A stretch of DNA of 64,000 nucleotides. Origin: Clostridia bacterium 41_269. Lineage in GTDB: Bacteria; Bacillota; DTU086. The stretch's first letter is position 1. Each line of letters opens with the position of its first letter. The position numbers and the translations under genes were made by a program. Under the pieces are notes generated by a model. That model made no database searches and had not been told where the DNA came from. It saw only the letters and a list, made by a program, of their open reading frames with translations. Below are positions 59,464-64,000 of this stretch, one piece after another. The stretch spans positions 52,392 to 116,391 of the forward strand of contig LGEZ01000001.1 of NCBI GenBank assembly GCA_001508005.1, in the 5' to 3' direction.

Positions 59464-60398
59464 ACGATTTTGAAAAAATGGTGGAAGCGTACGAAAGCTC
59501 AGGGGGACAGCCTGAAGCATTCAAGGACAGCGATGTTGCCCACCTGGTGGTTGCCGAAAACAGAGTCCTTGGGGCTCACCTTGTCCCGGGGCTGAACATG
59601 GACGTGGAAGAAACCGAAAAGGGGATAAGGGCGCTTTTGGTTGTTGAAGAGGGGGCGAAAATAAAGAAACCTGTTCACCTGTGCTTTGGGGTCCTCCCTG
59701 AAGAAGGAATCCAGCGGATAGAAATGCGGGTTGAAGTAAAGGACGGCGGGAGCGTATCCGTAACTGCCCACTGCGTTTTTCCCAATGCGGTTAAGGTAAA
59801 GCATCTGATGGATGCGGAAATAGTGGTTGGAAATAATGCCAGGTACGAATACCGAGAAACCCACTTTCATGGAAACTTCGGCGGCGTTGAGGTTATCCCC
59901 AGGGCGAAAATAGTCCTTGGGGAGAACAGCGCATTGAAGTCTTTCTTCGGTTTGCCGAAGGGAAGGGCAGGTGTGGTGGATATTGACTACGATGCCGAGG
60001 TCGGCGCCAATTCTGTTATGGAGCTTTTGGCAAGGGTGAACGGTTACGGAAACGACAGGATTAAGATCAGGGAAGCGGGCTGCCTGAAGGGCGACGGCTC
60101 CAGGGGGCTCCTTGAGAGCAAAATCGCCCTGAAGGACGAAGCCCGGGCTGAGGTTTTCAATGAGATTGTTGCCCTTGGCGCAAAGGCGTGGGGACACGTA
60201 GACTGCACGGAGATCATAAGGGACAGGGCCTTTGCCAAAGCCGTTCCCGTAGTGGACGTGCGCCACCCAGAAGCAAGGGTCACCCACGAAGCTGCCATAG
60301 GCGGCGTGAACAAGACCCAGCTGGAGACCCTCATGGCAAGGGGGCTTTCTGAGGAGGAAGCTACGGAGATGATCGTTCAGGGGCTTCTTCAGGGCTGA
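59460..60398 (+). CDS. SufB/SufD-family Fe-S cluster assembly scaffold protein (short form)
   Basis: The SufBD beta-helix C-terminal region is present. The gene is translationally coupled to sufC. 312 aa. Confidence 0.65.
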   Translation: MNDFEKMVEAYESSGGQPEAFKDSDVAHLVVAENRVLGAHLVPGLNMDVEETEKGIRALLVVEEGAKIKKPVHLCFGVLPEEGIQRIEMRVEVKDGGSVSVTAHCVFPNAVKVKHLMDAEIVVGNNARYEYRETHFHGNFGGVEVIPRAKIVLGENSALKSFFGLPKGRAGVVDIDYDAEVGANSVMELLARVNGYGNDRIKIREAGCLKGDGSRGLLESKIALKDEARAEVFNEIVALGAKAWGHVDCTEIIRDRAFAKAVPVVDVRHPEARVTHEAAIGGVNKTQLETLMARGLSEEEATEMIVQGLLQG

Positions 60399-60487
60399 TT
60401 GTTTTATCTCTCTAAGAATCAAAGGAAAGCTTCTAAACGTGCCGGCTCAAAAAAAAAGGCTTTGGGTTTTTTGTTCCCAAAGCCCCT

Positions 60488-60766
60488 TTACCTTTCTATC
60501 CTGAAGCCGCAAAAATCACCTGTGGGTTCTTTCCACTCTGTCTCTATTCCCGTGATGTGCCCCACTCCGCTGTTTTCTATTACTTCCAGCAGTTTATTTA
60601 AAGCCTCAGGCTCTCCTTCTGCTGTTATTTCTACCCTTCCGTCGTCGAGATTCTTAACGAATCCCGTAAGCCCGAGGCTTTCGGCGGCACTGCGCACGAA
60701 GTACCTCATCCCAACACCCTGTACTCTGCCTTGCAGGTACGCACAAAGCCTCTTTTTTTCTTCCAC
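60488..60766 (-). CDS. acyP: Acylphosphatase
   Basis: Acylphosphatase signature (VQGVGMRYF...GFVKNLDDGRVEI). 92 aa. Confidence 0.8.
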   Translation of the reverse strand: MEEKKRLCAYLQGRVQGVGMRYFVRSAAESLGLTGFVKNLDDGRVEITAEGEPEALNKLLEVIENSGVGHITGIETEWKEPTGDFCGFRIER

Positions 60767-60833
60767 TGCCTATACCCCCTCTTTACAATTATATTTTTCC
60801 TAAAAAAATTCGTCAAAATTTTCCCCTTTCCCC

Positions 60834-60861
60834 TAAAGAATGGTTTTCCCCTTTCCGATAT
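60834..60861 (+). promoter_or_regulatory. Sigma-D/sigma-28 promoter for flagellin
   Basis: TAAA-N17-CCGATAT lies about 95 nt upstream of the flagellin ATG. Confidence 0.65.
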
Positions 60862-60914
60862 GAGAAATAGAGAAGCTTCTCTATGCCTTTCCCAGCGGCC
60901 GCGAGGAAAGGAAT

Positions 60915-60954
60915 CGGCATGGATGCCGAAATAAAAAATTCAGGGAGGAATGGG
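60915..60954 (+). promoter_or_regulatory. Candidate CsrA binding sites in the flagellin leader (GGA-loop hairpin plus a GGA-containing Shine-Dalgarno)
   Basis: CGGCA-TGGA-TGCCG hairpin with GGA in the loop (60915-60928), and AGGGAGGAATG at the RBS (60941-60951). The arrangement resembles the BS1/BS2 sites of the B. subtilis hag leader. Confidence 0.5.
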
Positions 60955-60955
60955 A

Positions 60956-62221
60956 ATGAGAATTAACCACAATATCTCAGCGTTAAACACCTATCGTCAG
61001 TTGTCGATTAACAACTCGATGGCGGCTAAGTCGCTGGAGAAATTGTCCTCGGGCCTCAGGATCAACCGTGCTGGCGATGACGCGGCGGGCCTGGCCATCA
61101 GCGAGAAGATGCGGGCGCAGATTCGCGGGCTGGAGATGGCTTCCAAGAATGCCCAAGATGCTATCTCGCTCATCCAAACAGCAGAGGGCGCACTGAACGA
61201 AACCCACTCCATCCTGCAGCGGATGCGGGAACTGGCCGTCCAATCAGCCAGCGATACGAATACCGCCGTTGACCGGTCGGAAATACAGAAAGAAATAGAT
61301 CAGCTTGCACAAGAACTTGCCCGGATTGGCAATACTACCGAATTCAACACCCAGAAACTCTTGAATGGCACTTTCAAGGGAACCTTCCACATAGGAGCCA
61401 ATGAAAATCAGAACCTTTCACTGCAGATTAAAGATATGAGAGGTTATGCCCTGGGTGTAGTGGGTGATGTGACCTATACTGCTACTGGAACGGTTACTAA
61501 TACAAACAATAGCTTCAGCGCTGGCACCTACGCGGTAAAGTACGACTCCGCTAACAACAAATACCAGCTCGTTGACAGCAACGGTCTAGTGATTGCCGAA
61601 AGTAGTGATGGTGAGACATACACTGCCAAAGCTAACACTAGCGACACGATTCAGTTCGCAGATAAAGTTATCAGCGGTACGGTGACAATTTCCACCGATG
61701 GTACCAATTGGACGGCCACCGGAACCGCGACAGTAACCAACCAAGGATTGGAAGCTGGGACATACACTTATATTAAATCAACGGGCGAGCTTAAGGACTC
61801 CAGCGGCCAAGTCGTCGCCAAATCCTCGGATGGTCAAACCTTTAAAGATGCAGCCGGAAACACGCTCTTTACTTTAGGTGCAGCTGTTACTGCCGATACC
61901 ACATTTGAAGTGAAGGGAGTCGACGTATCGAGTCAGCAAACGGCCAATAATGCCATTACCACCATCAATAACGCCATCGAGAAAGTATCTGCCGAGCGCT
62001 CCAAGCTGGGCGCCTACCAGAACCGCCTGGAGCACACTATCAACAACCTGGGCACTGCTTCCGAAAACCTAACCGCTGCCGAGTCCCGCATCCGCGACGT
62101 GGATATGGCCAAGGAAATGATGGAGTTCACCAAGCTCAATATCCTCCAGCAGGCAGCAACGGCCATGCTCGCCCAGGCCAACATGCAGCCGCAGATGGTC
62201 CTCCAACTCCTCGGTCGGTAA
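60956..62221 (+). CDS. hag: Flagellin (FliC/Hag)
   Basis: MRINHNISALNTYRQL...GLRINRAGDDAAGLAISEKMRAQIRGL N-domain and conserved C-domain (QNRLEHTINNL...ILQQAATAMLAQANMQPQMVLQLL). The ATG at 60956 sits behind a GGAGG RBS. The coding sequence is markedly GC-rich relative to the genome. Confidence 0.9.
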   Translation: MRINHNISALNTYRQLSINNSMAAKSLEKLSSGLRINRAGDDAAGLAISEKMRAQIRGLEMASKNAQDAISLIQTAEGALNETHSILQRMRELAVQSASDTNTAVDRSEIQKEIDQLAQELARIGNTTEFNTQKLLNGTFKGTFHIGANENQNLSLQIKDMRGYALGVVGDVTYTATGTVTNTNNSFSAGTYAVKYDSANNKYQLVDSNGLVIAESSDGETYTAKANTSDTIQFADKVISGTVTISTDGTNWTATGTATVTNQGLEAGTYTYIKSTGELKDSSGQVVAKSSDGQTFKDAAGNTLFTLGAAVTADTTFEVKGVDVSSQQTANNAITTINNAIEKVSAERSKLGAYQNRLEHTINNLGTASENLTAAESRIRDVDMAKEMMEFTKLNILQQAATAMLAQANMQPQMVLQLLGR

Positions 62222-62232
62222 GCGAACTAGGC

Positions 62233-62280
62233 GACAGGGGCAGGGTGGTATTGCCATCCTGCCCCTGCTCTTCTTTTTTT
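62233..62280 (+). terminator. Rho-independent terminator after flagellin
   Basis: AGGGGCAGG-gtggtattgccatc-CTGCCCCTG followed by CTCTTCTTTTTTT. Confidence 0.8.
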
Positions 62281-63006
62281 AGCTTCAAATTGTATGGTAT
62301 AAGTCAGGTTAACCAGCAAAGGGTAAGGCTGGGGGGGAGCTCGTAAAGTCTTGAGATAGTGGGGGGTGTGCAAATGGAATATCGTTATATGAACCTTTTG
62401 ACTACGTCGGTGTTCAAAAACCTTTTAAGTGGATAATGAGAAACCTTGATAAGGGTGTTGTTGAGCTTTTTCATAAGGAAAAAATTGTCCGCATTGTGGG
62501 AGTTGTATCTAAATATTACTGCTGCTGTATTCAAGAAGAATGGGATGGGTTGCTACAATATCTTGAGGAAAATAGGAAATAAAATAGACGGAACAAGTGT
62601 TGCGTACTTGGGACATAATGGCGGGTTAATATAGATGTAAGTGTAAAAAATGTAATTCAGAATACTTTATAATAGTTAATGCTGAAAACTTGTAAGATCC
62701 AAAATATGAAATAGTGAGGGTTGAAATGAGACAATGTTGTAGTTGTTATCGCAGATATAAAGGTAGCAATTTCAGGAGAAATTGAGTTTTACTATTGATT
62801 TTAAAAAGCGTTCTTTGTTGTGTGATAAAAATAAAAGAAGCAGGTATTAAATGAAAGGGAAGATAGAGAGTAAAAATTTAGTGAAGATAAAACGGGAATG
62901 TTTATGGAGTTTATTATCGAGCTTTTTGATAATTTTCATGATACGGGACATGGTTCTTCTGCAGTGGATGCAATGATGGATGCGTTATCATGACGGGGAC
63001 AACTAA

Positions 63007-63050
63007 TAAAAAGGGGCGGTTTATCTGCGTGCGGAAGAAAGCCGCCCCTT
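63007..63050 (-). terminator. Rho-independent terminator of the adhE-like gene (minus strand)
   Basis: On the minus strand: GGGGCGG-ctttcttccgcacgcagataaac-CCGCCCC followed by TTTTTATT. Confidence 0.65.
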
Positions 63051-63081
63051 GATGATTCTTTGGTTTTTTTAAAGCGCGCTT

Positions 63082-64000
63082 TTATTTTTTTATAAGCTCC
63101 GGTCCGTAGGCTCTGCGGAGGAGGTCTTCAAGTTCGTGTATCAGGGGCATCCTGGGGTTGGTTACCGTTGTCTGGTCTTCAAGGGCTTTTTCGGCCATCA
63201 TGGGTATTTTGCTTTCGTACTCCCGGGCATCAACGCCGCATTGGGCTATGGTATCTGGGACGTCCAGTTCACGGATGAGCTTTTGCACGGCTTCAATGAG
63301 GTTTGAAACCCCTTCTTTTGGGCTTGCAGCCGGAAGTCCCAGGTACCGGGCGATTTCCTGGTAGCGTTCCGGGGCTTTGTAATGCTCGTACTTGGGCCAT
63401 GCCGTTACCTTAGAAGGCACGGAAGCGTTGTACTCTATGACGTGGGGAAGGAGGATGGCGTTTGCCCTTCCATGGGGTATGTCGAACTCCCCACCGATTT
63501 TATGGGCAAGGGCGTGGTTTATACCCAAGAAAGCGTTGGTGAAGGCCATCCCCGCTATTGTCGAGGCGTTGTGCATTTTTTCCCGCGCTTCCGCGTCATC
63601 GGGGTTGTGGTACACCCTTGGCAGGTAGCGGAACACTATTTCAATTGCTTTCAATGCCAGCCCGTCCGTAAAGTCGGAAGCCATTACCGAGACGTAGGCT
63701 TCTATCGCATGGGTGAGGACGTCAAGCCCAGTATCTGCCGTAAGGTTTTTTGGCATGCTCATTACCAGTTCAGGATCGATTATAGCCACGTCAGGGGTAA
63801 GCTCGTAGTCTGCTATGGGATACTTTATGTCCCTTCCTTTATCAGTTATGACGGCGAAGGCGGACACTTCGGAACCGCTTCCGCTTGTGGTGGGTATTGC
63901 CACAAGCCTTGTTTTCCTAGCCACCCGGGGGTATTTGTACGTTCTTTTGCGTATATCGAGGAACTTTAGCTTCATGAAATCAAATTTAACTTCCGGGTGC
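63082..64000 (-). CDS. adhE: Iron-containing alcohol dehydrogenase domain of an AdhE-type (bifunctional aldehyde-alcohol dehydrogenase) gene. Only the 3' part is in this window; the gene continues beyond the window end.
   Basis: LKFLDIRKRTYKYPRVARKTRLVAIPTTSGSGSEV...GINHALAHKIGGEFDIPHGRANAILLPHVIEYNA...TNPRMPLIHEL parallels the E. coli AdhE ADH-domain and linker (LRFMDIRKRIYKFPKMGVKAKMIAVTTTSGTGSEV...). The minus-strand frame stays open to the window edge. Confidence 0.75.
   Translation of the reverse strand, partial: HPEVKFDFMKLKFLDIRKRTYKYPRVARKTRLVAIPTTSGSGSEVSAFAVITDKGRDIKYPIADYELTPDVAIIDPELVMSMPKNLTADTGLDVLTHAIEAYVSVMASDFTDGLALKAIEIVFRYLPRVYHNPDDAEAREKMHNASTIAGMAFTNAFLGINHALAHKIGGEFDIPHGRANAILLPHVIEYNASVPSKVTAWPKYEHYKAPERYQEIARYLGLPAASPKEGVSNLIEAVQKLIRELDVPDTIAQCGVDAREYESKIPMMAEKALEDQTTVTNPRMPLIHELEDLLRRAYGPELIKK

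Noticed and set aside
59499-60422. 307-aa minus-strand ORF covering the whole sufB/D gene
   Set aside because: It is antisense to a frame with clear SufB/D-family similarity and translational coupling to sufC. Long antisense ORFs are expected in GC-richer DNA. It has no RBS and reads as low complexity.
62446-62634. 62-aa ORF in the flagellin-adhE spacer
   Set aside because: It has no RBS, an odd composition and no motif. Better-supported micro-ORFs in other frames overlap it, and all remain speculative.

Overview
This 64-kb window reads as chromosomal DNA from an AT-rich (about 42-45% GC) anaerobic Firmicute, probably Clostridia-class, and is almost entirely coding. Left to right it contains: a membrane-anchored M1-type zinc peptidase; a small redox cluster of rubredoxin, HflX GTPase, desulforedoxin, an Rrf2 regulator and a second Dx-domain mini-protein; AddB-AddA helicase-nuclease; an orphan PAS histidine kinase broken by a homopolymer frameshift; and an acyl-CoA synthetase broken by an in-frame TGA at a conserved Trp plus a homopolymer frameshift. 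Next come Asp23; a group-3b (sulfhydrogenase-like) [NiFe] hydrogenase operon HydB-G-D-A with its maturation protease on the minus strand; endonuclease III; a DUF342/FapA-like protein; an Mrp/ApbC Fe-S carrier; and DegS-DegU directly upstream of a complete Flp/Tad pilus locus (Flp pilin, prepilin peptidase, TadE/G-like pseudopilins, CpaB, REC-domain CpaE, CpaF, TadB, TadC). A chemotaxis block (MCP-CheW-CheA-CheB) and a sigma-28-driven late flagellar operon (FlgM-FlgN-FlgK-FlgL-FliW-CsrA) follow. The normally conserved csrA-flagellin adjacency is split by a roughly 13-kb, GC-elevated block. That block holds a 2056-aa secreted protein with about 18 IPT/TIG repeats plus an FN3 domain, two SLH-domain cell-wall proteins, a LexA-box-controlled YolD-like orphan, SufC-SufB/D and an acylphosphatase. 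The flagellin gene after it is strikingly GC-rich and keeps its sigma-D promoter and a CsrA-binding leader hairpin. The window ends with an AT-rich, ORF-poor 0.8-kb spacer and the 3' part of an AdhE-type iron alcohol dehydrogenase. No CRISPR array, IS element or rRNA/tRNA gene was seen. The most unusual elements are the surface-protein island inside the late flagellar operon, the recurrent single-base homopolymer disruptions, and the SOS-box-regulated orphan YolD-like gene.
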